Positions 12,673 to 25,999 of a DNA stretch of 64,000 bases are shown here, in pieces. The position numbers were made by a program, and so were the translations under genes. Numbering within the stretch: position 1 is the stretch's first letter; each line of letters opens with the position of its first letter. The stretch covers positions 5,766,001 to 5,830,000 of the forward strand of contig NC_092673.1 of the NCBI RefSeq assembly GCF_964355755.1, written 5' to 3'. Below the pieces are notes generated by a model. The model was given only the letters and a program-made list of their open reading frames with translations. It did not search any database and was not told the origin of the DNA. Source of the DNA: Antedon mediterranea. Taxonomy: Eukaryota; Animalia; Echinodermata.

Positions 12673-13347
12673 GTAAATATACAAAAATATGTATAAAATG
12701 TAAGCTACAACCAGGAGCAGAATCAGGATTTTACTGCCAGGGTAGATGAGGTTATTCTTATTTTCTTATTGTTTTAGAAGGCTGAGGTCGTCTCTTTCGC
12801 CTAACCCTTCGATTCGCCATTGACGACATATGCCACCGCATGAATAGCAAGCCTATCACTTATCCCTAAAACAAATATGTGAATACTTACATTCATAAGA
12901 AAAGTAAATATTATGTAATTGAATCAAGCTGTACTACACTGTATTTTCTAATTTCTCTAAACTGTATCTGTGCATTTGATTAGAATGCAGCATATTTTTT
13001 ACTTAAAAAAGATTAGGGTATCTGCTATAATATTCATATTTTGGAATTTATATCATGCTAGGAGGGAGCCCGAAATAATCCTGACTATGGCCTTGTACAT
13101 TTAGATTTGGTCCCAAATTCAAATATGTGCTAATAGTTTTCAATTTAACTGATCAGCCTGTGCTTATGCATGTTTCAGGAAATCCACAAACATGATTTTG
13201 ATGAGCAGAAACTCTGCATCTTTTAGATTGGTTGCTGTTCAAAATTAATGTTATTACTAAATTTTTGGGGATTGATAATGAGAAAATATAATTCCAATTC
13301 CAATCTTTGTAAATCTTTATAAAAAATGTTTTTATTGTGTTTTATAG

Positions 13348-14043
13348 ATGTTAAAAGAAAAAAAAACAGCATTGACGTTTGAAGACCTGAAATGTTCAAT
13401 ATGTCTAGAAAAATTCACAAATCCAAGAACACTTGAGTGCCTTCATACCTACTGCCTTAAATGCTTGCAAGATTGGCTGAAAACAAATGGAAAAATACAA
13501 TGTCCAAATTGCCGCCGGATGTATGGTCTAAGAAATGATGATTTAAAACAGTTAAAGTGCAATGAAACAATAAGTTATCTAATTAAATATGGTGAGAAGA
13601 TTGAATCTGAAAAACCAGAAATCTGTTCAAGTTGTAATAATCAACCAAAATACCATTGTTCTGAATGTGAAATGTATTTGTGTGGGCAATGCTTCCAACA
13701 GCATAAGAAATTTCCTGCACTGAAGAACCATTTACTGTACACACAAGACACAAATGAAGAGAAATTATGTATAGATTCACAAAACTGCCCAAATCACCCA
13801 CAGAAAAAAATGAAGGAGTATTGTCGAACATGTAAACTTACTGCATGTGAGGATTGCAAACATATTCTCAGTAATTGCCATGAACAAAAACATGAAATAA
13901 TTTCAACTCAGATAGCTTTCAAAGACATAAATCAAACTGTTACTGAAACTATGAAGATAGCTGAAAGCATTAAAAACAAACTATTGGAAAGGTTAAATGT
14001 TTCACTAATGATAGAATGGAGCTTGAATCTAGTGTGGAATTAA
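13348..14043 (+). CDS. Gene A terminal exon: TRIM RING (C3HC4), B-box1, B-box2 and start of coiled coil; frameshifted near 14001
   Basis: TTTTATAG|ATG. CSIC...CLHTYCLKC...CPNC RING and two B-boxes. GTTTCACT versus paralog GTTATCACT is a 1-nt deletion. Confidence 0.85.
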   Translation: MLKEKKTALTFEDLKCSICLEKFTNPRTLECLHTYCLKCLQDWLKTNGKIQCPNCRRMYGLRNDDLKQLKCNETISYLIKYGEKIESEKPEICSSCNNQPKYHCSECEMYLCGQCFQQHKKFPALKNHLLYTQDTNEEKLCIDSQNCPNHPQKKMKEYCRTCKLTACEDCKHILSNCHEQKHEIISTQIAFKDINQTVTETMKIAESIKNKLLERLNVSLMIEWSLNLVWN

Positions 14044-14522
14044 GCAGAAGAGGGATTGAAATTCATGAGAAAACAATTTTCAAAAAGGTGAAGGATGAAA
14101 CCAAGATAATGATGGAAAATCTTACAAAGATTGATAAAGAACATAGAATAGTTATTGATAGTCAACTTGACCATATTCAATCAAAGCTGACACATGTAAA
14201 CTCATTGATGGACTCAATCAATAAATCAAAAGAAACAGAAATGCTTGCATTATACCAGACTATAACTTCTGTTAGGGATGAGGTTATAGCAGATGAATTG
14301 GACAAATCATTTACTAAATCAAGAAAGACACCAAAGTTTATTCCATCTCCAAAGTTGGTTGAGTTGATGAATAATGAAGGTGTTGGTAAACTTATCACTG
14401 GTGGTGATGTACACAAGGTTAATAAAGAAGATATTAAGAACATTTCAGACACAAAAAAAAAAAAAAAAAAAAAAATGTACTTGGTACTTGGAAACAGGGA
14501 GTTACAAGTCTAGAAAAGAGTA
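14002..14522 (+). pseudogene. Out-of-frame remainder of the gene A TRIM coiled coil; filamin and NHL missing
   Basis: ORF 14016-14513 aligns with the paralog coiled coil (KTPKFIPSPKLVELMN.EGVGKL). An A23 run at 14453-14475 follows, and homology ends at about 14522. Confidence 0.8.
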
Positions 14523-14884
14523 GTAGACTATATAGTATTTGATGTTACTACATCCGAGTCATATTCAGATTCCAATATTATTCCTAATAGACCTCATTCA
14601 TGTCCCTCCGATTTCATGACCATTTTCTAAGCCTGCCCCTAATCCCAGGAAGCTTCTTCTTGAAAAGAGAGTCCGTCTCAAAAAGAAGCACCTCCACCCA
14701 GGGCTTAAAAATGTTACAATTTAGGCTTCTTTTCAAAATAGACTTGCATGTCAAAGAAATAGGAATACAAACACATGGTTAAAAGTTATATATAAATCAT
14801 GGTGCTCATATTCGGAACATAATCTCATAATTGCGCCAAGCGTAGCTCATCGGCGAAAGTTCTGTATTTGTAGTATGAAAAAAT

Positions 14885-14958
14885 GTCTCTGGCGGGGTTC
14901 GAACCTGCGACCTCTCGCTTACAGGGCGAGGAGTGTCATACCACTAGACCACAGAGCC
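14885..14958 (-). pseudogene. tRNA-like sequence (Thr-TGT-like pseudogene or SINE head)
   Basis: Minus strand GGCTCTGTGGTCTAGTGGTATGAC...CTCGC-CCTGTAA-GCGAG...GCAGGTTCGAACCCCGC-CAGAGAC followed by a T-run. There is an acceptor-stem mismatch and extra bases after the D arm. Confidence 0.6.
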
Positions 14959-14994
14959 ATATACAAAAAAACCAAATTATTTAAATTTTAAATA

Positions 14995-16364
14995 CTAGAT
15001 GGTTCTCAAATACATAATAATTTCAGCATTAAAAAACTGGCGATTTCAAATGTACGTACAATAATACATGTCGTTTACAGGAACGAATAAATAGACACTG
15101 ATTTATGTACTCAACTAAAATTAGCACCCTGAGAATTACTTCAGAGAAACTTGTCACAAAATGAGACCAATTGTTTAAGTCAAATTTAAACAAACTTAAT
15201 TTGTGTTTTGTATGTAACATTAGGGCTGAGGGATGGGGAAGAGGATGGGTGCAAAGAGGAACAATTTTTAAATATATTCTTTATCCATTTAGTAATGGAT
15301 TTAGCATTTTGTTTTTATGTTTTACAAATAATATACCACTAAACACAGTAAAACATGGCGATGTAATACTTTGTTGAAACTACCACCGTCCTAGTAGATT
15401 GAAATAGTACAGTACATGTAACGATACATCACTACAACGTGTATGTTTATATAATGTAAAACAATTTGTGAAAACCACCTCTATTCGGGGAAAATCGTAA
15501 ATTTTATTTAATCGTCAATAAATATTAAATTATCTAACGGTTTTCAATTGTTTCTTAGAGCCAATTCATACTTAAGTTGGTTCCTACCCTACCCACCAAA
15601 GTTGTTTTGCGTTTAGGGCATGTGATGCACCGTAGGCCTATCCTCTACTGGCTTTACAACGCTACTCATGCCAGTGAGGGAAGGGTGATGATGTGGGTGG
15701 TTTAACTGCAATAATAAAGATTTGTACATAATATACGGCGACTGAAAACGCTAGCTCATTATCCGTTTAAAAAAAATTTATATCCAACCTCTGCAGCACA
15801 GATTGAAAAAAAAATGGATCGAATTTCTGTTATGAGTATACAGTACTTGCCTTTACGACGCCTGAGGGAATAGACACTTGTTGAACAGAGATTGGAATGT
15901 TCCATTCATCGCAAATCAATACATTTGTAAAAACGTATATTTAATGTATCAAAATAGCATTTTTAAAAGAAAATCGGCCTGTCTTCAACATTATGATGCT
16001 GTACTCGAACTGTTCAATCAATTTTCAGCTATTAAAAACAATTATCGTAGGAGGAGATAGGAAAATGCGAAGCGTCCTCGTATTATTGTGTGCGGGTATT
16101 TTTCAAATTGACATCCATTAGACAGTGGACAGTGTATACCACGATGGGAAAAAACCCCTATTTGGGGCAAATCGTTGAACCTACATTCGTTTTAATCGTC
16201 AATAACTAATTATCGAACTCAATTTAATTAGTAAACAGGGTTACATCAGGTGGTTAAAATCAGTACCGAAAATACGAACCAACTTTATATGCCATCGACA
16301 TCGAGTAAATATTAAGTAACGCGCGATTTACCGAATTTTGCCCTTACGTAAATTTATATATAGA
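14995..16364 (-). mobile_element. Helitron-like copy B
   Basis: Minus strand begins A|TCTATATATAAATTTACG (16364) and ends CCATCTAG|T (14995). 15888-16364 is the reverse complement of 17291-17830, and 15000-15360 of 6590-6960. Confidence 0.75.
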
Positions 16365-17290
16365 TTATACTATTATACTTTCTAATATTTCGTATTTTAC
16401 ATTTTGGATTTTAACTGTTAATCTAATCCCTTTTTAGTATAAGGAATCTGTGCAATTTGTTTCTCTTTGTTTCTGGACCCCAATGGAAATAAGTTTTTTA
16501 CTTTTGGGGATATCCTTTTAACTCGAGTCTGTTGTACTGATTTTAATTGTTTACATGTTTTTATTGTATGTATCTGTGTTGACTCAGTTAATAAAGAAAT
16601 CAATCAATATATGGTATTATTACAGATTTTCACCCACCAGATACATTCTCACACACAACATACGCCCTCACAATCAGTGGAGTCTTAACTAGCCAGAATA
16701 AATTCAAACTTTAATACGCTTAACGGTTTTTAAAATAATATTGTGTCCATGTAAATCAATTGAGTTGCGTAGCACTGTGTAAATTATATATAAATCATAC
16801 TGTTAAATTTAGTTAGGTAATTTAATGACAGATAACTCATAATATATAATCGTGTTTATCATACATTTTTTTACAGTTTTCCAGTTGTGTTTTGATTGCA
16901 TCTTGTCTGTTTCATTAGAAAATATGTACAATTGACTATTAAATGACATCGTATACATATTTTAACTGTGTAAAACATTCAAAAAATCGTTATTAAACAG
17001 GACACTACAGTGAAACTACACTGTCAACGTTATTAAACTGAAAACATACATTGAAACTATCGTTCAACTACTTAAAGTATTCAATTAGTGTAGGAATCAA
17101 TACCTGGATCAATTAACAGCAGCTATTGCACGTACATTTGTAAATGTAATAAGCATCTACATAGATTTACACAATATCATGAAGATTAGCATTGAATAAA
17201 CAGCATTGAATTATATATTTATCTAACACAATTTCTCGTTACCATGTGTACAGTAGTAAGCTGTATTAAATTGTAATGTAAAACGTGTAA

Positions 17291-19091
17291 TCTATATATA
17301 AATTTACGTAAGGGCAAAATTCGGTAAATCGCGCCTTACTTCTAGAATTTTCACTCGATGGTATGTAAAGTTGGTTCGTACTTTCGGTACTGATTTTAAC
17401 CGCCTGATGTAACCCTGTTTACTAATTAAATTGAGTTAGATAATTAGTTATTGACGATTAAAACGAATTTAGGTTCAACGATTTGCCCCAAATAGGGGTG
17501 TTTTCCGATCGTGGAATACACTGTCTAATGGATGTCCATCTTGAAAAATACCCGCCAAAAAAATGCGAGGAGGCTTCGCATTTTTCTATCTCCTCCTACG
17601 ATAATTGTTTTTAATAGCTGAAAACCGGTTGAACAGCTAGAGTACACCATCATAATGTTGAAGACAGGCCGGTTTTCTTTAAAAAATACTATTTTGATAG
17701 ATTGCTAGAGTACACCATCATAATGTTGAAGACAGGCCGATTTTCTTTAAAAAATACTATTTTGATAGATTTAATATACGATTATACAAATGTATTGATT
17801 TGCGATGAATGGAACATCCCAATCTCTCAGTCTGCCAGAGTTTGGTTTAACACAAGTACTGTAGGTAAATTTATGAGCCCTTGGTTTAACACATACGGTA
17901 GGTAAATATATGGGCCCTTTGAGAATAAACTTGCAATAGGTTCGGAAAATGTTAAAAACCAATTTCTATTATTTGAATCGGTAAACAGTTTCCATTTATT
18001 ATACATTGATAATGAAACATGAAATATTCCTATTTATGTCCCTCGAGGTTCATTACAATTTATATTTAGTAGTCCCACGGACTTCATCTTAGCCACGCCC
18101 TCGAGTGCTAAGGCCAAATTTATGATACCCTACTTTCTATGTAAGTTTAGTTACAGTTAGTTCTTGACGATAATACAACGAATTTAGGTTACACCCTTCG
18201 GCCGCGAAAACGTTTCTGTACAAATATGATACCGATTGGCTTTATTTCATTCAACAGCGACCATAATCTCGCCAATTACAGGATAGATAAACTATTTTAT
18301 TATTGATGTGCTTATAAATTAAGACTCATGTAAACAGCTTGATTACATCATTTTACAGACAAACGAAACTTTTTTAAACCTACTGTTTCAATAACTGAGT
18401 ATAATACTGTATACGTTTTCATAAGTAAGTGCATATACATTTTCGTGTTTTCATTGACGAGATTGTAATAGTAACTTCAGTAACTATTACAGTACTTATT
18501 TATTATACGACACAAGACAATTGTATCTGACAGGTACGTACATTATTCTAAAAAATAAGTCTAGATAGATCCCTTAGGCGTCATAAATCACAGGCCAACA
18601 AATCAGTACTCATGACAGAAATTCGACCCAGTTTGGTTCACACAAATGTTTACAGGAAGTTCAACACCACAACCGATGATTTGCCCTAAATATTTAGGTA
18701 GACTACAGTTTAATTTTTCACTGAATAGGAGCTTGAATTTCCGATTTCCATTTCGCAGAATGTCTAGGTCTATTTATTTAGTTTGGTTCTTATAATATAT
18801 AAATACAATCAACTTTATTACTGCGGTTCCATCACCACCACCACGTGCCGCCCAATTCCCGTACATACATTTCCATTTCTCCCTAATTTCTTTAATCCAC
18901 ATAAATTAATTGTCCTTTATGGAATCCAGTATTGGTTTTGTTGTCTCTATTTCTGAATACCCCAATTAGGGGGACACTTCCGTTTTTGTTTAGTGTCCCA
19001 AAAAAGTCCCCGTCCGTGGATTCTACTGTATTCGAGAACCATCTGTGAGCACCCCTAGATGGTACGCGAGCGAAGCGAGCGTGCCATCTAG
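17291..19091 (+). mobile_element. Helitron-like copy C
   Basis: A|TC 5' end, 3' hairpin CTAGATGGTACGC-GAGCGAAGCGA-GCGTGCCATCTAG|T, no TSD. Internal 68-bp tandem duplication at 17636-17771. Confidence 0.8.
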
Positions 19092-22000
19092 TTACAATAA
19101 TTACCTTATCATATCGTATACGTATTACTAGTGAACATGTCTTAACTTTAACAGTTCCAATATTACAGTTTATTATGATTAACTTAACTTACAATTGTAA
19201 AGCATCATTTGTTCTTGAAATAAATCTAGACAACCACCAACCACCTTGGTCGAATACACAATTTCTTGTCAATAATTACAACCACCTAATTGGTCTAAAT
19301 CACAATGTCTTCTACCTATATTGCGCTGCAAATACTCTAAAGAAGAAGAAGCACCTGCGAAATGCAAATCGCGCATACCGAACCGTGCGCCGCCAATGAG
19401 GACAGAAATATTACAAACCAACAGACAGACCAATGAAAGCCCTCAGAGACTGAGTGAAAAATATATCCACTGATAGGGAGCATGCTGAATGATACATTTG
19501 TTTGTTTTAGGTATTAATTTTACATGGTTCAAATCCTGCTGGGTTTTAATCATTTTTAACAAATAATTTTTACTACAAACTCCGTCATTCCAACAATGAC
19601 CTTTCTCAAAGAATATGTCCATGTTAAAAGAAGACAGAATGCGTGCTATTTAATATATCGTATGGAAGATAAGCTTTTGTGACATGACCAATATATCAAT
19701 TTTCATGTTCAGGCATGTTCTGTTCAGAATGATAACTTAAAAAATTTTGCCTTATTGTATATCTTGCATTTTGTTTTGATTCAATAGAGATTTAAAATTC
19801 ACAAGATTAGATAGAATAATTGCCCGAACAGTTAAAAAAATAGTATAATACACTAATATCAATATTCAGAAAAAATAAAATAAAAAACACAACAATCTAA
19901 AGTGATAATAATACTCTAGATACAATTTTCATCATACGATAAACATAATGCCTAAAATGTTACAGCTTTCTAAACCACTGAATGGCTTTCAATGAAACTT
20001 TTCCATAAAAAAATGATAACATAGATAACTGGATGCTTTCTGCTTTCTGCTTTCTGCAGATGAGTACTTATGAGATGTTTGGTGGCCAAGAGGGCCAGCT
20101 AAACTTTTAAGTTTAAAAACGTGCCATTGCCATTTATTACCTGCCATTGTAAGGAGAGAGGGCCTCTTAATTAATGTTCAGTATTATCTGTTTCAGTATT
20201 TTGTATAGAAATTGTTTTCATAGTAAAACTACTTTTCAGGTGAAGGTAAATCATTATACAGAAACATACAACAAGTGTCCACGTCGTTTATGAAAGGTTC
20301 CACATCAAATGTACAGATTCCAGGAGAGTAGTTAATTATTATATTAAATTGGTTAATTATTATATTTTTTATTTATTAAAGTTGATAGATTCATACTTAA
20401 TATACAATATTTATAAAATGTGTATGAAATAGAATTAAACATCAAAATGATAAAAACTTGTAAAATGTAATTGAAGCTTAATTGAAAATTACAAATAAAA
20501 TTCACTACTTAATCTATTCAACCAAAACAATATAAGATCATACGAAACTCAAATTTGGTTGGACAGTTTTTGACCATGAGAAAAGTATGGTATTCTAAGC
20601 ATGTAGCCAAGCCGGTAAGAGTAACTTAAGTACACAACAAATGTAGAATATCTAGGCTTGATGTAGTTTACGAACAATGAGGGCACCAACACAACAACGC
20701 AAACTATGTAAATTTCAGTACTTTTATTCTCTGACTCTGAAAATAGTCTGGTGACTAGAAAAATACAAATAATAATCACTTAATATCGTTTAACAAGTCT
20801 CAAATAAACGAACAATTTGAATAACTAACCAGAACGTGGTTCTATGAACAATGTTATACAGTATGTCTAACAAATGATCAAATAGATGGTTTTAATTAAA
20901 TACTACATATGAGTTAATCCAATAATGTTCAAACCTTACATGAATTATGGCGCAAACCACAAGCCTTCAATTCAGTAATTGTTAAGTTACAAGTTGACTG
21001 TAAAACAAATATCAATAACATATAACAATCAATTAATGAGTTTCTTTCAATAAATCAATAGTTATTAAATCGAAATAATGAAGGTTTGTAATCAATTATC
21101 AATATCACAAGCAATAATTATAAAAAATGTATTAGTTCCGATGGGCGCAGCCATCTTAGAATCTACTGTTTTGACACGTGACCGTAAAGTGATCCATCTT
21201 CGTCACTTGACCTTAAGATGCTCGAAGCATGAGAACACACACATCGTGTTAGATGAATGTCTAACTTTCCAACTAAGAAAACTACGTTAAATCACCATCA
21301 AACATGCTGTAGTCTGGCAATTAATGATCTCAAACAATTACTTAAACTAACACTAACAAATTAAAGATAAAACATACCCACTACTGACGCGCCAAACCAA
21401 ATACTGTATAGCGCCGCCACAGTTACAAAATGGCATTTATCTTAAAGTTATTTACAAAAAATATGAAAGGGACGTTATTTTTTTAATTTAATTCCCACCA
21501 TCCAAACTTAAATGAAAGAATGAATTTTGCACAGTATTTTGAAAAAATGATCCATTTGTAAAATGTACCATACAAACGGTAAATAGCCTCTCCAACAGGA
21601 CTTGAACCTACCTTTTGTGAAGATTCTGGTACTTTGTAGAGTGCTGTGTTTTAAGCTCTCAAGTGTACACATTGCTTTTTAACAGTATTTAAAAAATACT
21701 AATTCTAAATCTATGTTTATTATTTGCCACTATTTTTGTTATATTACAGTGTTCATGGCTGGTTAGATTCATTATTCCACACAAAGTCTCAATTCAAGTT
21801 TAATGGCTAAGACATGCTTTGTTCATGATAGTGATACTATTTTTGGCTTTTTGGAACAAAATTCAACATCATAAATACCCTTTCATTACTAAAATACTGT
21901 TTATTTATATTGCCTAAAGCTTAAGAACTACTGCTTGTCTTTAATCCATTTTATTTTTATTTTCCAATTTTAAACCAACACAAAAATAGGGTAAGTTAAA

Positions 22001-22423
22001 AATTATATTATATATTATAAAAAGACTTTTTTCTTGTTACTTGTAATTATATTGGGGGATAGGTTGAGATAGGATGTACGTACTATTCTACACAAGAAAG
22101 ACTAATAACGCTGACAAATATAGTGAGGTTTGGGTGTTTGCTGGTAAAATAATATGTTGGAAAGTAAGACTAGTAACTTAAATATTTGTATATAATTTAC
22201 AGTGTAAGATGAAAATATGATAGGAAAAAACTTTAATACATAAAATACAAAAGAGAAAATTTGATAACCTGGATAGAGGGGACAAAGGTCACATATTTTT
22301 AAAAAAAACACCTTGATATAATAATTTGTAAATATTGCGTGTAACAATATCATATTTATTATAAAATATTACCTAATACTCTCTAATTTTGAATAAACTT
22401 AATTTCATATACTTTTCTAGAAA

Positions 22424-23003
22424 ATGGCAACAAAAGAAGAGTTTGAAGAATTCCTTGCATGTTTAAGTGATAGATATAACGGTGAGAAACGTTTGTGACT
22501 TCTGGTAAATGACCACTGCTCCGGACAAGTATTAAGTAGAGAAGATGTCCCAGCACTTGAATAATTTAATGAACTTGAAAGGACAGGTTGTATTAATTAT
22601 AACCCTACTGATGTGGAAATTCTGTTAGACATTGCTAAAGTTACTGAGGAGAAGAAAGCGATAGATTTAATAGAACAGTTTAAAGTAAAGCATCCAAACA
22701 ACAATGAACAGTACAACTTCACCAAGGGAAAACCAATAACAGGATATCGCAAAAGACTTTTTAAAGCTTTAAGAGAAAACACAACAAATGTACCAACAAT
22801 GCTTGCTTACTATAGCCTAGCTCATCTCAAGTTTAACAATATTTGGGATTCTGTTGCGTTCTTGGAGAGGAATAAACTTCTGGTAGAAGAAAAGAAGTCA
22901 ATGAAACATTTTGCAAAACTTCTCGACAATAAAGCTAGTGACATTTTTTGGGGGATAGAAAAAGAGAATGTGGAATGGAGGCATGGAGATATTATGAGTG
23001 ATG
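22424..23003 (+). pseudogene. Unit B tandem-DED exon, paralog of 8346-8865, with two nonsense codons
   Basis: TTTTCTAG|AAAATG, in frame with ORF 22613 but with TGA at 22496 and TAA at 22562. Shares YRxRLxKALxE and FxNxWxxVxxLE with gene A. Phase-1 donor at 23003. Confidence 0.75.
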
Positions 23004-23522
23004 GTAAAATATATTGATATCAAGCTATGTGAACAACCTATTATTATTATTTAGTATAAATAATAGGACACAGAATTTTTCAATAAGTAAATAAATGTTT
23101 TAAAACAAAGGCTGGAATAGGCTATACACATTATGATGTAGATATCTATATCTAAATATTTTTAAAAATCAAGACTTATTTCGGTCAACACAATATATAC
23201 AGTAGTTAAAAAAATCCATTAGTCTCCTTCTACACAGTTTATTTTTTAATATTAATCTCTACTGGAATACAAAAAACACACACACATTGTTGATAATAGT
23301 ATTCTGATTAGAACTTTTCTTTTTCTTAGACTTTTTTACAATAAATAGTTAATAAATTGTTGATCGATTACTGGTCTATATGAAATATTCATAAAACCAC
23401 AGCAATGATTAAGAGTTTATAAGCTGTTATACAGATTGTACTGCTTAAAACTACTGTACCTTTATAAATAAAGTAAATAAAATCAAATTGAGAACCACCA
23501 GAAAATGTATTATGTTTTACAG

Positions 23523-25692
23523 ATGTCTGCAAAAACGGTATTAAAGTGTGTTGACAAAAGAGGTCTGGAATGTTCAATCTGTCTAAAAAGATTCAAAGAT
23601 CCAAGGACATTGAAGTGTTTTCATACTTACTGTTTTAAATGCCTGCAAGATTTGACAATACATGACAAGATACAATGTCTAAAATGCCGTCAGATTTATG
23701 ATATAAAAACTTACGATTTAACCAATTTGAAGTGCAATGAAATGATAAGTTACCTGGTTGATTATGTTGAGAAGATTGAATCTGAAAAACCTGAAACCTG
23801 CTCAAGTTGTAGTAATCAACCAAAATATAATTGCTCCGAGTGTGCAATGTATCTGTGTGGACAATGCATTCAGCAGCATAAGAAATTTCCTGTACTAAAA
23901 AACCATTCACTATACATGCTAGATAAAAATGAACACAGCAAAAATTCAGGAAAATGTCAACATCATCCTGATAAAATATTAGAGTATTACTGCCTTACAT
24001 GTAAACTTTCTGCATGCGAAGATTGCAAACATATTCTCAGTTGTTATAAAAATAAACATGAGGTGAATTCAATGTAGACAGCTTTGGCTGACATTAATCA
24101 AACTATTACTGAATCTATGGAGATAGCTGAAGGCATTAAGGAAAAACTAAAGGAAAAATTAGATGTTATCACTAAAGACAGATCAGAGTTTGAATCAAAT
24201 TTGAAGTTAAGCAGAACAGCAATTGAAATCCATGAGAGTACAGTGATCAGAAAGGTGAAGGAAGAAACTAAGGTAATGATGGCAAATCTTACACAGATTT
24301 ATGAAAAACAAAATAAAGTTTTTCATAGTCATATTAAAAGTATTGAATCAAAGTTAACACAAGTAAACTTAGTAATGGAGTCGGTTAATAAATTGATGAA
24401 TAATCGAAAAGAAACAGAAATTATTGCATCATATTACACAACAATAACTACAATTAAAGATGAGGTTACATCAGCTAAATTTGATAAATCATTTACTAAA
24501 ACCAGAAAAACACCAAAGTTTATTCCATCTCCAAAGCTGGTTGAGTTGATGAATCATGAAGGTGTTGGTAAACTCATCACTGTTGGTGGTGCACACAAGG
24601 TTAATACAGAAGACAAGAACATTTCAGTAACAAAAGGACAGCAATTTAGTGTGAGAGTATCAAGTCTAGAAGAGAGTGATGTTGGTCAATCAGCCACATT
24701 AAGTAACTCATTAGGTGAGAAATCAGCCACTGAAGTAGTACACAGAAAGGAAGAATACACAATAACAGGTAGATGTAACTTGGAAGGAGACTGGTACATG
24801 GATATCATTGATGAAGCTATGACACATGTCATAGGTTCACCAGTGAGTATCAAGGTGGAACCTATTGGACTTGTACATACTATAGACAATATATCAGAGT
24901 ACAAACAAAATTATAAAACAGACAATGTGATAGATGTAGTATCCGATACTGATGGGTGTATGTTAGTATCAAGCTACAGTAAAGATTTAATAAAGTTTGA
25001 TCAATCAGGTGGCTTTGTTTCTAAGATACAAAATTACAAATACCACAAAATGTTAGAGTCAATCGCATGCATCAAATAGGCAATGGTCGTCACATGGTGT
25101 ACACTGACACATCAGAAAAATGTGTTGTAATGTGTGACAATCAATATCATGAAATCCGAACTTTTGGTAAAGGAGTATTAAAATATCCAAATGGCTTAAC
25201 AGTAAACCAAAAAAGCAGGATCTTATATGTAGCAGATCGTGAATGTCACTGTGTGTTTAAATTCAATATTGATGATGGTAGTCTACTGGGTAAGATAGGT
25301 TCTGAAGGAAGTAAAGCAGGTCAAATGAAGTTACCATTAGATGTTGCTTTAACAAGAGAGGGTCATGTGTTTGTCGCCGATTGTGAGAATAACAGAATAC
25401 AAATGTTTGATGCTAATGATAAGCTGATAAAGATTCTTGTAGCCTATGGTAAAGAAGATGGTAGAGTCAGGGGTCCTTGTGGTATAACTATAGATATGGA
25501 TGGAAACATAATAGTATATCCAGTAATCATAAACTACAACTATTTGACCAAATTGGTAAATTCATTAAAAGAATAGATGAAAAAGATGATGGGTTGAATA
25601 CTCCAGTATGGAATTCTGTAATCTCTAACAGACCACGAAGAGTGGCAGTAGCAAACCATAGACCAAACAATGTAAAAATATTCAATTATTAA
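23523..25692 (+). pseudogene. Unit B TRIM-NHL pseudogene (RING, B-boxes, coiled coil, filamin, NHL)
   Basis: Colinear with 36550-38745. CAG>TAG at 24075 and frameshifts near 25030 and 25518. Same C-terminus NVKIFNY. Confidence 0.9.
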
Positions 25693-25999
25693 ATCAACAA
25701 AAAGTTTAACAAAATTAACTTCAAATGTATGCATCCAAATATTAAAGATAATTCATTATATTTATTGTTATGAAGACAACATGAAGAACATAAAATGTAG
25801 TTTTCTTGATGCTTAAAAACACAAATAATGCACAGAAGGAGGCATAAATGTTGAACACAAACACAGTTCAGAAAATTAATTATTTGAGAATTTTTTTAAT
25901 GCATTTACAAACAATAGAGGGCCTATAACATCTTAGAAATTACATCAAATCTTGGCGCTATTTAAAAAAAAAGATATTGGCATCTATAATAGTAAACAT

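Noticed and set aside
23003-23523. Direct DED-to-TRIM splice in unit B
   Set aside because: Phase 1 donor versus phase 0 acceptor, no recognisable linker exon, and the DED exon has two stops.
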